Shown here: piece after piece, positions 1-9,465 of the stretch
Numbering within the stretch: the stretch's first letter is position 1
Layout: every line of letters starts with the position of its first letter
Source of the DNA: Trueperaceae bacterium
Lineage (GTDB): Bacteria > Deinococcota > Deinococci > Deinococcales > Trueperaceae
Reading direction: 5' to 3'
Length of the DNA stretch: 64,000 nucleotides
NCBI GenBank assembly: GCA_034520945.1
Contig: JAXHNB010000002.1
Location: 256,001-320,000, forward strand
Notes under the pieces: model-generated
Told to the model about the DNA's origin: nothing
Database searches by the model: none
What the model saw: the letters and a program-made list of their open reading frames with translations, nothing else
Translations under genes and position numbers: made by a program

Positions 1-414
1 GAACTGCTGGACGCGGTCGAGGAACTCGGGACCGGCGTGATCGCGTTCTCGCCGCTGGCGCAGGGACTGCTGAGCGACAAGTACCTGGGCGAGATCCCCG
101 AGGACGCCCGAGCACACCGCGCCCCCAGCTTCCTGCCCGACTTCCTGACCGACGCCAACCTGCAGAAAGTCCGGGCGCTGAACGACATCGCGCGCCGCCG
201 CGGCCAGAGCCTCGCCCAGATGGCCCTCGCCTGGTGCCTCCGCGACCCCCGCGTCACCACCGTGCTGATCGGCGCCAGCCGACCCGAACAGATCCGCGAG
301 AACGTCGCCGGCCTCGATCGGCTGGACTTCAGCGACGACGAGCTCGCCGAGATCGAGCCGCACGCCACCGACGCCGGCCTCAACATCTGGGCCGCCTCCA
401 GCGAAGCCGGCTGA
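1..414 (+). CDS. Aldo/keto reductase (YghZ/Gpr-like), 5' truncated by the window edge
   Basis: AKR C-terminal motifs IAFSPLAQGLLSDKY, SLAQMALAW and VLIGASRPEQIRENV; the frame is open to the window start. Confidence 0.9.
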   Translation, partial: ELLDAVEELGTGVIAFSPLAQGLLSDKYLGEIPEDARAHRAPSFLPDFLTDANLQKVRALNDIARRRGQSLAQMALAWCLRDPRVTTVLIGASRPEQIRENVAGLDRLDFSDDELAEIEPHATDAGLNIWAASSEAG

Positions 415-498
415 ACGCCGAAGCGAACGATTTCGACCTCGAAAACGACGCGTCCGGACCCACGAGCGCCCGCGGTGGGTCCGGACGCGTGCAAACGG

Positions 499-527
499 TT
501 GACGAATGGCGCATACCGAGGTAGATT
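499..527 (+). promoter_or_regulatory. Sigma70-type promoter with no downstream CDS
   Basis: TTGACG (499-504), 17-nt spacer, TAGATT (522-527). Confidence 0.55.
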
Positions 528-532
528 GAGGA

Positions 533-615
533 TAGAACGAACCAAGCCCCGATACCGAAGGTTGAAACCATCAAGGTCAAGAACATCGCCGCGCATTCGC
601 GCGGCGCGCTTCGTG
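533..615 (+). ncRNA. Candidate small RNA
   Basis: A-rich stretch after the promoter, ending in hairpin CGCCGCGC-ATTC-GCGCGGCG (587-606); no credible ORF before the convergent moaA stop. Confidence 0.3.
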
Positions 616-652
616 TGCGGTCCCTAGCCGGGGCGGCCCTGGTGTGGCGCGC

Positions 653-1636
653 TCAGCCCCCGATGCCCACCATGGTACGGCTCCGCATGGTGGGGGCGGT
701 CACGCCGCTGGCCACCTTGCGGTGGGCCGCGACCAGGAACGCATCGATCACCGCCGCGACCGGATCGTCCGCGCTCAACGCGGCCCGCAGCTCGAACTCG
801 CGGTCGTGCAACAGGCAGGGGCGCAAGCGACCGTCGCTGGTCACCCGCATGCGGCTGCAGGCGCCACAGAACGGGTTCGACACCGGATCGACGAAGCCGA
901 TCCGGCCCGCGAACCCCTCCAGTCGGTACAAACGGGCCGGGGCCGACGGATCCGTCGACACCGGCGTCAGCGCGCCCAACGCCGCCTCGATCCGCGCCCG
1001 GCTCTCGGCTCCCGACACGAACCGGCGGTGGTAGTCCTCCGGGTCGGCGTTGTTCAGGTGCATGTACTCGATGAACCGCACATGCCAGGGGTTGTCGCGT
1101 GCCAGCTCGGCCAACGGCACCAGCTGCGCGTCGTTGACGTCGCGGACCACGACCGCGTTCAACTTGATGGGCACCATGCCCGCGCGCTCCGCCGCGTCGA
1201 TCCCCTCCCAGACCTGACGCAAGGTGCCGCCGCCGGTCGCGTCGCGAAACGCGTCCGCCTCCGCCGCATCGAGGCTGATGTTCACGCGATCCAAGCCGGC
1301 CTCCAGCAGCGCATCCAGGCGCCGGGCCAACAGGCTGGCGTTGGTGGTCATGGCCACGTCCTCGACGCCGTAGCGGTGCTTGGCCAGCGACACCATCTCG
1401 GGAAGCTCCTTGCGCAACAACGGTTCGCCGCCCGTGAAACGGACCGACGTGATCCCGAGCTCCATCGCCGCGGCGAGGATGACGTCGACGTCCCGCACCG
1501 TAAGCGTTCCGATCGGATCGGCCGCGCCGTCCCCGAGCGGGTCGCAGTAGAAGCAGGCATAATTGCAGCGCGGCGTCACCGACAAGCGCAGGTCCCGCAC
1601 CACACGGCCATGTTGGTCGACCAGAGAACGTGTCAT
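653..1636 (-). CDS. moaA: GTP 3',8-cyclase MoaA (radical SAM)
   Basis: LRLSVTPRCNYACFYC, FTGGEPLLR, second cluster FCGACSRMR...CL, C-terminal IGG; start trimmed to MTRSLVD. Confidence 0.95.
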   Translation of the reverse strand: MTRSLVDQHGRVVRDLRLSVTPRCNYACFYCDPLGDGAADPIGTLTVRDVDVILAAAMELGITSVRFTGGEPLLRKELPEMVSLAKHRYGVEDVAMTTNASLLARRLDALLEAGLDRVNISLDAAEADAFRDATGGGTLRQVWEGIDAAERAGMVPIKLNAVVVRDVNDAQLVPLAELARDNPWHVRFIEYMHLNNADPEDYHRRFVSGAESRARIEAALGALTPVSTDPSAPARLYRLEGFAGRIGFVDPVSNPFCGACSRMRVTSDGRLRPCLLHDREFELRAALSADDPVAAVIDAFLVAAHRKVASGVTAPTMRSRTMVGIGG

Positions 1637-2121
1637 CGCGTCTCCTTTTCGGTCTCGGGCCGCGCGGCCCCGGCCGGCGCCGGCACGACCTGGGGCAGGG
1701 TCCACGTCACGAGATCGCCGCGGCGCACCATACCCCCACGGGCCACGCGAAGGTAGACGCCGCGGCGTCCGTACGCAGCTTTCGGCAGGGCCGGATCGAC
1801 CGCGGCCAGCGCCTGGCACACCGTGCAGGCCGAGGCGACCACGGTCCGCACCGGACCCAGCGTCACCCACGTGCCGGCAGGCGGAGCCATGGTCATGCCG
1901 TAAGCGACCACGTTCTCGCCCAGCCGTCCCGCCGTTAACTCGAACCCCTCGGACCGCAATGCCACGTAGCACGCCTCGGGCACCAGCAACAATGCCCGCG
2001 CGGGATCCCTGCCGTGATGCCGGTCGCCACGGGCCCCGCCCGTGTCGACGCGAAGCGCCTCCGCCGGCTCCTTCACGAACCCGCGGCCGGCCGCAAACAG
2101 GTGCGAGACACGGCCGGGCAT
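1633..2121 (-). CDS. MOSC domain protein
   Basis: GDRH, LGENVV, CxxC (CTVC), RRGVYLRVARGGMVRRGD; 4-nt overlap with the moaA start. Confidence 0.85.
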   Translation of the reverse strand: MPGRVSHLFAAGRGFVKEPAEALRVDTGGARGDRHHGRDPARALLLVPEACYVALRSEGFELTAGRLGENVVAYGMTMAPPAGTWVTLGPVRTVVASACTVCQALAAVDPALPKAAYGRRGVYLRVARGGMVRRGDLVTWTLPQVVPAPAGAARPETEKETR

Positions 2122-2353
2122 CAAGCCCGGCGTGGTGCCGACGCGCCGCCCACCGCGACGGTGGGGCGAGCCGACGCGCGGAAACGCGCGCAAAACGGAC
2201 GTCTGGTCATTCGGGCCTCGATCCATGGGCAGGCCGGGCGCCCCCGGCACGGGGCGACGAGACGTGCGAGACGTACCTAAGAGTATGCGACAGCGACCCC
2301 CGCACGTTCAACGGACCGCCGCCGGAGGTCGGTCGCAGGCGCACGCGCTTCGC

Positions 2354-3622
2354 TCAGGAGGCCGCGTCGACGCGCCGCGGCGGGCGGAGCGCCAACGAGG
2401 CCACGGCCAACACCGCCGGCACCAGCGCCGAGAGCAGCAGGACCGGCAGGTAGCTTCCGGACACGTCGCGCCCCACCGCGAACACCAGGGGACCGATCGC
2501 GGTGCCTGCCACGCTGATGGTGGTGGCGAAGCCCTTGATGCTGCCGATGTGGCGGCGACCGAAGTAGTACGCGTACGCCGAGCCGGAGATGGCGCCCTTC
2601 ATGCCCTGCGCCAGACCCACCAGCACGCCGTACACCGGAAGCCACAGCGGCGAGACCCACCCCGCCAGGACCAACGCGCCGCTCAGGAACGCGAGCATCG
2701 CCGCCAACGCGAAGCGCGGCGGCATCCGGTCCAGCAGCGCGCCCGTCCCCACGTTGGCGCCGGCCGTCACCAGGCCCAGGGGCACGAACACCGCCGCCGC
2801 CGTGGCGCGATCCACGCCGCTGACGCCGAGAATGTCGAAGTGGTGAAACACCAACCCCGTCCCCAGCGCCGCCACCGCCACGTCGCCGACCGTCACGAAC
2901 CAGAAGGCGGCCGTCCGTCGGGCCTGCCCCAACGAGAGGTCCATCTCGTCGACCGCATCGGCATCGGTCGGCGTCCGTGGGCGGTGGCCGTCGGGCCGTT
3001 CGCCGTACTCCTCGGGGCGACCGCGGAAGAAGGTCACGCCCAGCGGCACGGCGATCAACGCCACGGCGGCCGCCATCGCCGCGTACGAGGCGCGCCAGCC
3101 GAGCGTGGCGATGAGGCGCTCCAGCAGGGGCGGAAAGAACGCCGTCGCGATCGACATGCCGAGTCCCAACAGGCCGATGGCCAACCCGCGCCGCCGCACG
3201 AACCACAGGTTCACCACGTGCAGCCCCACCAGGCTCAGCGACCCCTGCCCCAGGCCCCGGATCAGCACGAACCCGACCGCCAGCATCGCCAGGCTGGCGA
3301 CGCTGCTCATGTACAGGCACGCCAGCGCGAAGGCGCCGGCCACCACCGCCACGCCGAGCCGCGGCCCGCGCCGATCGACGAAGCGCCCTACGAACGGCAG
3401 CACGAACGAGCCGATCAGGGTGCCGATGGTGTACAGCAGCGACACCGTGCTGCGGGTCGCGCCCAGATCCACCAGGATCGGGTCGAGGAACACCGACACG
3501 CCGATGGTTTGCCCCGGCACCGTCATCATCGTCGTGACCAATGCCGCCGCCAGGACCACCCAGGCGTACGGCACGGGCGAGCGGTCGATGACGCGGCTGT
3601 GGCGTAGGGGGGCGTCGTGCAC
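2354..3622 (-). CDS. MFS transporter
   Basis: About 12 hydrophobic segments; motif A GRFVDRRGPR; WFVRRRGLAIG. Confidence 0.9.
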   Translation of the reverse strand: MHDAPLRHSRVIDRSPVPYAWVVLAAALVTTMMTVPGQTIGVSVFLDPILVDLGATRSTVSLLYTIGTLIGSFVLPFVGRFVDRRGPRLGVAVVAGAFALACLYMSSVASLAMLAVGFVLIRGLGQGSLSLVGLHVVNLWFVRRRGLAIGLLGLGMSIATAFFPPLLERLIATLGWRASYAAMAAAVALIAVPLGVTFFRGRPEEYGERPDGHRPRTPTDADAVDEMDLSLGQARRTAAFWFVTVGDVAVAALGTGLVFHHFDILGVSGVDRATAAAVFVPLGLVTAGANVGTGALLDRMPPRFALAAMLAFLSGALVLAGWVSPLWLPVYGVLVGLAQGMKGAISGSAYAYYFGRRHIGSIKGFATTISVAGTAIGPLVFAVGRDVSGSYLPVLLLSALVPAVLAVASLALRPPRRVDAAS

Positions 3623-3750
3623 GAAGCGGGGACTCCTGACGTGAAGCGTGGTGAGGGTCGGGTAGGGCCGGACCGGCCCGCGACCGGCGCGCGACCGCCC
3701 TCGAGCCTACACGGCGTTCCCGGGCGTGCACGTCGCCCGTGGCCGGCACC

Positions 3751-4566
3751 TCACTCGACCGGAACGTAGGCGTCCGCGATCAGTTCGAACGGCCCGCTGC
3801 CGGACTCCGAATAGGAGGTCACGATGACCTCGTACCGGCCGGGCTCCAGCTGCAGGTACAGCGCCGAGTCGGTCGTGCCACCCGCGTCGTCGTTCTCGTC
3901 CACGAACCCGTCCTCGTCGGCGACGGTGAGGATGGTGTCGAACGCGTCCGAGCGGGCGGCGAAGCGGACCAGCATGGCCGCCTCGGACAGCACCACCTCG
4001 AAGCGCCTCGCCGGCCCGGGCTGCGCCATGGGGTGCGGCGCGTCGGTCTGCGCGAGGGTCGCCTCCAGCCTGCCGGGAACGGGCAGGCGCGCCGTGGGAT
4101 CGGTTCGTGCCTCGCGCGCCGTGGCGCGGTAGGAACCGAGGTCTTCGGGTCCGTAGCCGCTAACCACCAGCAGGTGCGCACCGCCGCGTTCGAAGGTGAG
4201 CGTGCCGCGTGGGTTCAAGCCCTCGGGCCCGTCGTCCACGGACGCCAGGACCTCGCCTTCGGGATCGAACACCGTCATGAACGGATCGAAGTCGGCTGAC
4301 GTCACCTCGAGGGTGAGGGCGTCGCCCGCGTCGGGACGTAGCACCAGCACGTCCACGCGCCGGCCGTCCACGAAGTTCTGGCCGTCGTCGCGCGTCAACG
4401 CACCTTCGACGGGTGCGCCCGGCGCCAGGACCGGGGCCGTGACCAGGTAGTAGTGCGGACTGATCAGCGGTCGCTGCGCCACGACGAACGACGCCGCGAG
4501 CGCCAAGGTCGCGAGAATCGGCCAGCAGCGTTGGGTCGTGCGCGTCGTGCGGCTCGATCGGGTCAT
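3751..4566 (-). CDS. Secreted protein with two PPC-like (pre-peptidase C-terminal) beta domains
   Basis: Signal peptide; repeated SxxFDxxxxV...DD motif (SADFDPFMTV..VDD; SDAFDTILTV..NDD). Confidence 0.7.
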   Translation of the reverse strand: MTRSSRTTRTTQRCWPILATLALAASFVVAQRPLISPHYYLVTAPVLAPGAPVEGALTRDDGQNFVDGRRVDVLVLRPDAGDALTLEVTSADFDPFMTVFDPEGEVLASVDDGPEGLNPRGTLTFERGGAHLLVVSGYGPEDLGSYRATAREARTDPTARLPVPGRLEATLAQTDAPHPMAQPGPARRFEVVLSEAAMLVRFAARSDAFDTILTVADEDGFVDENDDAGGTTDSALYLQLEPGRYEVIVTSYSESGSGPFELIADAYVPVE

Positions 4567-4802
4567 CGGCAGCCTCCTCTCGGGCCCGTCGCTTGGGTCC
4601 GCCTCGCGGGTTCGTGCGTGTCGGCGGCGGCACCGGCCCGAGGCGATCGTACGATGCGTCGCCCGGCGGGGGGTCGCCTCGAAACATGCCCCCGACGCCG
4701 CCGGCGTTAGCCCCGTCGCGGCGCGGGGCGGGGGCGGGTGGTACGCTCTTCGCTCGGAACGAACGGTTCATCTTCGAACGTCTCATCCCTGGGAGGACCC
4801 GC

Positions 4803-5882
4803 ATGACGCGATTCGCCGGCCCGATCCTCGCCTGCCTGTTGGCCCTGCTCCCCACTGCGGTGGCGCAGGACGACGCGACCTGGACCTGCCCGGAGGGGTT
4901 CGAGGGGGAGCGCCTGTCCGTGTACAACTGGACCACCTACATCGCGCCGGACACGATCCGAAACTTCGAGGAGGCGTGCGGCGTGGAGGTCACCTACGAC
5001 ACCTACCCCACCGACACCGACATGGTGGCCCGCATTCGTCAGGGCAACCCGGGCTACGACGTGGTGGTGCCCAGCGACGTGAACGTGTACCTGATGGTCG
5101 AGGAGGGGCTGGTGGAACCGCTCGACCACGCCCTTCTGCCGAACCTCGAGCACATCGATTCCACCTTCCTGGACCTGCAGTTCGACCCGAACAACCGCTA
5201 CACGGTGCCGTATCAGTGGGGCACGGTCGGACTCGGCTACGACGTGAACGCCGTCGGTCACGAGATCGAAGGTTGGCGCGACATGTTCGCCTACGACGGC
5301 CCCGTGTCGTGGCTCGAGGACGTGCGCGTGATGATGGGCGTCGGCCTGCTCCTGTTGGGCGAGGATCCGAACACCGGCGATCCCGAGGCGATCGACGCCG
5401 CCAAGGAGCACCTGATCGACAACGGCGACAACGTGGTGTACATCAACCAGGACGACGGCCAGGAGGTGTTGTTGCGCGGCGAGGCCGACATCGTGGTGGA
5501 GTACTCCGGCGACATCTTCCAGATCATGGAGGAGTGCGACTGCGATGATTATCGCTACGTGATCCCGGAGGAGGGGACCAACTTCTGGGTCGACAACCTG
5601 GCGATTCCCGTGGACGCGCCCAACCCCGAGCTGGCCCACGCCTTCATCGACTACGTGTTGGACCCGCAGGTCTCGGCCGACATCGCCAACTACACCGCCT
5701 ACGGCAGCCCCAACGCCACGGCCATCGAGAACGGCCTGATCGACGAAGACCTGCTGAACAACCCCGGCGTGTACCCGTCCGAGGAAACGCAGGAGCGCAT
5801 GTTCGAGGTCGTGCAGGACAGCGAACTCGAACAGTTGTACAACGACGCCTGGGACGAGATCAGGATTCGCGTCGGCCGGTGA
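4803..5882 (+). CDS. potD: Spermidine/putrescine ABC transporter substrate-binding protein
   Basis: Signal peptide; YNWTTYI, GYDVVVPS, YTVPYQWGT, PEEGTNFWVDNLAIP; GGAGG RBS. Confidence 0.9.
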   Translation: MTRFAGPILACLLALLPTAVAQDDATWTCPEGFEGERLSVYNWTTYIAPDTIRNFEEACGVEVTYDTYPTDTDMVARIRQGNPGYDVVVPSDVNVYLMVEEGLVEPLDHALLPNLEHIDSTFLDLQFDPNNRYTVPYQWGTVGLGYDVNAVGHEIEGWRDMFAYDGPVSWLEDVRVMMGVGLLLLGEDPNTGDPEAIDAAKEHLIDNGDNVVYINQDDGQEVLLRGEADIVVEYSGDIFQIMEECDCDDYRYVIPEEGTNFWVDNLAIPVDAPNPELAHAFIDYVLDPQVSADIANYTAYGSPNATAIENGLIDEDLLNNPGVYPSEETQERMFEVVQDSELEQLYNDAWDEIRIRVGR

Positions 5883-7060
5883 ACGTCGCCGGTGCGCCCC
5901 CCCGGCCCGAACGCCCGGGACAGGGAAGCACGGACGGCGCCGCGCGGGCCACCCCCGCGGTCGAGCTGCGCGGGCTGGTCAAGGAGTTCCCCGGGCCGAG
6001 CGGGGGGGAGGGCGTGCGGGCGCTCGACGGGATCGACGTGGACGTGTCGGAAGGCGAGTTCTTCGCGCTGCTCGGCCCGTCGGGCTGCGGCAAGACCACC
6101 ACGCTGCGCATCATTGCGGGGTTCGAGGCTCCCACCGCCGGGGAGATTTTGATCCGAGGACGGCCCGTGCAGGGCGTGCCCCCCTTTCACCGGCCGGTGA
6201 ACACCGTGTTTCAGGATTACGCGCTGTTCCCCCACATGAACGTGCTTCAAAACGTCTCGTTCGGGTTGCGCATGGCGCACGTGCCGCGCGCGGAGGCCGA
6301 GGCGCGCGCCGCCGAAGCGCTGGAGATGGTGCGGCTGCCCGGCGCCGCCCGCCGCAAACCGGCGCAACTCTCGGGCGGTCAGCGCCAGCGCGTCGCGCTG
6401 GCCCGGGCGCTGGTGAACCGCCCGTCGGTGCTGCTTCTCGACGAGCCGCTGGGCGCGCTGGACCTGAAGCTGCGCAAGGCGATGCAGTTGGAGTTGGCAC
6501 AGCTCCAGCAGCAGGTCGGGATCACCTTCGTGTACGTGACGCACGACCAGGAGGAGGCGCTCACCATGTCCGACCGCGTGGCGGTGATGTCGGAGGGCCG
6601 CATCCATCAGGTCGGCCCTCCGGCCGAGGTGTACGAGCGGCCGCGCGACGGGTTCGTCGCCGACTTCATCGGGGAGACCAACTTCCTGGATGGCACGCTT
6701 GATGCGCGCGAGGGCGGGCGCGGCCGCGTGCGGCTGTCCAGCGGTCGGAAGCTGGTCGGCGAGGTGCGCAGCGACGGGCTCGAGACGGGCGCCGCGGTGC
6801 GGCTGGCGATCCGGCCCGAGAAGCTGGCCCTCCACCCGCGCGACGGGCACGCCGGTCCGGGCGACGGACTGGCCCGGCTCGACGGCGCCGTCGAGCGGGT
6901 CCACTACCTCGGCACGGACACCCGCTACCACGTTCGCACCGACGACGGCGTGGTGATCGTGCGCGCCCAGAACCGGCACGAGGGCTTCGCCGACGCGTTC
7001 CGGGCGGGCGACCCCGTGCGCGTTCATTGGGATCCCCGGCACGCCAGCGTGCTGCGGTGA
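5879..7060 (+). CDS. potA: Polyamine ABC transporter ATP-binding protein
   Basis: GPSGCGKT, LSGGQRQR, LLLDEPLGALDLKLRKAMQ; TOBE-like C-terminus. Confidence 0.9.
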   Translation: MNVAGAPPRPERPGQGSTDGAARATPAVELRGLVKEFPGPSGGEGVRALDGIDVDVSEGEFFALLGPSGCGKTTTLRIIAGFEAPTAGEILIRGRPVQGVPPFHRPVNTVFQDYALFPHMNVLQNVSFGLRMAHVPRAEAEARAAEALEMVRLPGAARRKPAQLSGGQRQRVALARALVNRPSVLLLDEPLGALDLKLRKAMQLELAQLQQQVGITFVYVTHDQEEALTMSDRVAVMSEGRIHQVGPPAEVYERPRDGFVADFIGETNFLDGTLDAREGGRGRVRLSSGRKLVGEVRSDGLETGAAVRLAIRPEKLALHPRDGHAGPGDGLARLDGAVERVHYLGTDTRYHVRTDDGVVIVRAQNRHEGFADAFRAGDPVRVHWDPRHASVLR

Positions 7061-7082
7061 GTGGGACCACGGAGGCCGGGGC

Positions 7083-8009
7083 ATGATCACCGTGGTGGGA
7101 AGCCTGAACCTGGACATGGTCGTCCGCGTGGACCGCATGCCGGATCCGGGCGAAACCTTGCTCGCCCGCGGGTACGCCGAACACCACGGCGGCAAGGGCG
7201 CAAACCAAGCCGTCGCTGCCGTGAGGGCGGGCGGACGCGTGGCGATGATCGGCCGCATCGGACGGGACGAGGCCGGCTCGCGCCTCCGGGACGGACTGGC
7301 GTCCGACGACATCGACGTTGCCGAGGTTCGGACGGTGGAGGCGCCGACGGGCCGCGCCCTGATCGAGGTGGACGCCGCCGGCCAGAACCGCATCGTGGTC
7401 GTGCCCGGCGCCAACGCCGCGTGGACGGCGGACGACCTGCCGGGCGAGGCGCTGATCCGCAGCGACGTGATCGTGCTGCAGCGCGAGGTGCCCGACGACG
7501 TGGTGGCGGCCGCGATCCGACGGGGGGCCGCCGCGGGCCGGCGGACGGTGCTGAACCTGGCGCCGGCCGGCGCGATGCCGGACGACGTCCTCGCCGCCTG
7601 CAGCGTGCTCGTGGTGAACGAGTCCGAGGCCGCCTTCCTGGACGGCTGTGCGGCGGACGACGTCGCGGCCGATCCGTTGGGCGCCGCGCGCCGTTTGGCG
7701 TCGCGCGCCCTGGGGGACGTCGTGGTGACGCTCGGGGCGGACGGCGCCGTGCACGCGGGCGCCGGCGGGGAGGGACGCATCGAGGGATTCCCGGTGCACG
7801 CCGTGGACACCACCGCGGCGGGCGACGCCTTCGTCGGTGCGCTGGCCACCCGTTTGGACGAGGGCGCCGTGATGGGCGAGGCCGTCCGGTTCGGTTGTGC
7901 TGCTGGTGCCGAAGCCGTCACACGCGAGGGGGCGCAACCGTCGCTTCCGGATCGGGCGGCGATCGAGGCGCGCTTGGGTGGAGGCGCCCCTCTCTCGCGA
8001 CCTGCCTGA
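7083..8009 (+). CDS. rbsK: Ribokinase (PfkB family)
   Basis: VVGSLNLD, GGKGANQAVA, DTTAAGDAFVG. Confidence 0.88.
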   Translation: MITVVGSLNLDMVVRVDRMPDPGETLLARGYAEHHGGKGANQAVAAVRAGGRVAMIGRIGRDEAGSRLRDGLASDDIDVAEVRTVEAPTGRALIEVDAAGQNRIVVVPGANAAWTADDLPGEALIRSDVIVLQREVPDDVVAAAIRRGAAAGRRTVLNLAPAGAMPDDVLAACSVLVVNESEAAFLDGCAADDVAADPLGAARRLASRALGDVVVTLGADGAVHAGAGGEGRIEGFPVHAVDTTAAGDAFVGALATRLDEGAVMGEAVRFGCAAGAEAVTREGAQPSLPDRAAIEARLGGGAPLSRPA

Positions 8010-8022
8010 GCATGGCCTGCTT

Positions 8023-8290
8023 GTGAGTGTACGCCGCAACGTCGCCACCCACGGCGGACGACTCAGCGACCGCGCTTCGAGTGCGCAGTGGAACGCGGAC
8101 CGTGCCGTGCGGCGTCCGAAGGTCGTGAAGCTGGTGGCGAATCCGGCCCTGCGGTAGTACGTGCAAGAGCGCGTCTCGCACGAGGCGAACTCCCAGGCGC
8201 ACTACGTGCAAGCCGGGGGCGCGCCGAAACGCGAGCTGACCGCGTGCCTCCGCCCCTTCAGGGCGCCACGCCAACGACGGATCGGAAAGG
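8023..8290 (+). mobile_element. Degenerate IS30-family transposase remnant
   Basis: One frame reads RRNVATHGGRLSDRASSAQWNADRAVRRPKVVKLVANPALR*YVQER-VSHEANSQAHYVQAGGAPKRELTACLR. This recalls IS30 transposase segments, with an in-frame stop at 8155-8157 and the WSPEQI region missing. Confidence 0.65.
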
Positions 8291-8357
8291 TCCGTAGGGC
8301 ACGGGACTGGAGCGGTAGGAGATTCGCACTGGAAGCGGCATGAGCTTCTCGGGTCTC

Positions 8358-8591
8358 TCACGGTGCTTCCTCGTCACCCAATGGAAGATGCAACAGCCGT
8401 TCGCTGCGCCAGACCCGGACGATCCTCAGCCGCTGGGGATCGCGCCGGTACACGATGCGGAAAGGCGGGTGGATGAGTTCCCGCAGGAAGGGTTGATCGA
8501 ATTCGGGCACCCCTTTCTCCGCATACCAAGCCTGCGCCGCCTCCAGGTCACGGAGTGCAGATTCGGCGAAACTGATGCCCGTCCGGGGTAT
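8358..8591 (-). pseudogene. RelE/ParE-family toxin with ATA in place of ATG and an internal deletion
   Basis: Manual translation (I)PRTGISFAESALRDLEAAQAWYAEKGVPEFDQPFLRELIHPPFRIVYRRDPQRLRIVRVWRSERLL..., 77 aa, 4 nt downstream of the antitoxin stop. Confidence 0.75.
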
Positions 8592-8595
8592 GGCG

Positions 8596-8865
8596 CTACT
8601 CGAGGCCGAGCCGCGCCCTGGCCTCGTCGAGGGAAACCTCGCGCCCCGCCTCTAGGTCCGCAAGGCCCGTGACCGCCGCCCGCATGAAGTCCCGTTCTTC
8701 CTGGGCTTTCTCGTAGTCGCCAAGCGACTGGATCACGGCGACACCCCGTCCCCGGCTGGTGAGCAGCACGGGGCGGTGGACCTCGGTCGCATGCTTCACG
8801 ACGCGGCCCGGATTCACCTTCAGATCCGTCAGGGGAACCAGATCCTGAGAAAATTTGATCGTCAT
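8596..8865 (-). CDS. Phd/YefM-family antitoxin
   Basis: VPLTDLKVNPGRVV...PVLLTSRGRGVAVIQSLGDYE; GGAGG RBS; 89 aa. Confidence 0.88.
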   Translation of the reverse strand: MTIKFSQDLVPLTDLKVNPGRVVKHATEVHRPVLLTSRGRGVAVIQSLGDYEKAQEERDFMRAAVTGLADLEAGREVSLDEARARLGLE

Positions 8866-9204
8866 GACCGCCTCCACACAAGACCTATGATCAGCACCGA
8901 ACATTCGCACCTGGTATCGGACCTCGTAAGGGCCACGGAGGGTCATTGCGGTCGAGGTGCTGTACGCCGGACCTTCGCAAGCCCGCCGTCGGTGGGTCAA
9001 CCTTGGGCCTGATCGCCATGCTCTGCCCGGGTGGGTCTGGCGGCGTCTTCGGGACCGGCCCGTACGTCGGCGCCGTACTGGGGGTGCCGGCAAGCGAGGC
9101 TGGCGCGTCCGCGGCCAGCGCGCGAATGTCACTATGCGCGTGAGACACGCACATTCAGAGTCGGACCTCGATTTCGCTTCCCGAAGCCGGTCGATCCACA
9201 CCGC

Positions 9205-9465
9205 TTACATGGATACCCCAATCCTGCCGATGCGCACCCGCCACACCTCGGCCCCGGATTCGAGGGCTGCCCAGGTGAACTGGCCCTCGAGCTCGGCCGC
9301 GAACGGGTAGTAGAGCGGCTTCGGGCCGTGATCGTTGACGAGCACGAACGCTTGGTTCGGCTTCAGGGCTTGGAACGTCTCGAAGATCAGCTCGTGGCGC
9401 CTGGCCGGCGCGAAGCTGCGAACGTCCAGCGGTACGTCCTCCTGCGGACGGCCAGCGTCGCTCAC
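9205..9465 (-). CDS. DUF2249-like protein, possibly decaying
   Basis: LDVRSFAPARRHELIFETFQAL...VLVNDHGPKPLYY...VWRVRI; GTGA overlap with the upstream frame. Confidence 0.75.
   Translation of the reverse strand: MSDAGRPQEDVPLDVRSFAPARRHELIFETFQALKPNQAFVLVNDHGPKPLYYPFAAELEGQFTWAALESGAEVWRVRIGRIGVSM

Noticed and set aside
380..586. 68-aa minus-strand hydrophobic ORF
   Set aside because: It overlaps the AKR 3' end and has no clear RBS; the plus-strand promoter explains the AT-rich stretch better. Not fully excluded.
653..1636. Radical SAM enzyme as a maturase for the repeat peptide
   Set aside because: It is a clear MoaA next to a MOSC gene and lies 12 kb away.
2122..2290. Possible Moco riboswitch upstream of MOSC-moaA
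   Set aside because: There is a long leader with GC hairpins, but I could not match the Moco RNA motif by eye; an Rfam scan is needed.
8340..8672. 110-aa plus-strand ORF
   Set aside because: Antisense shadow of the ParE toxin remnant and the antitoxin 3' end.
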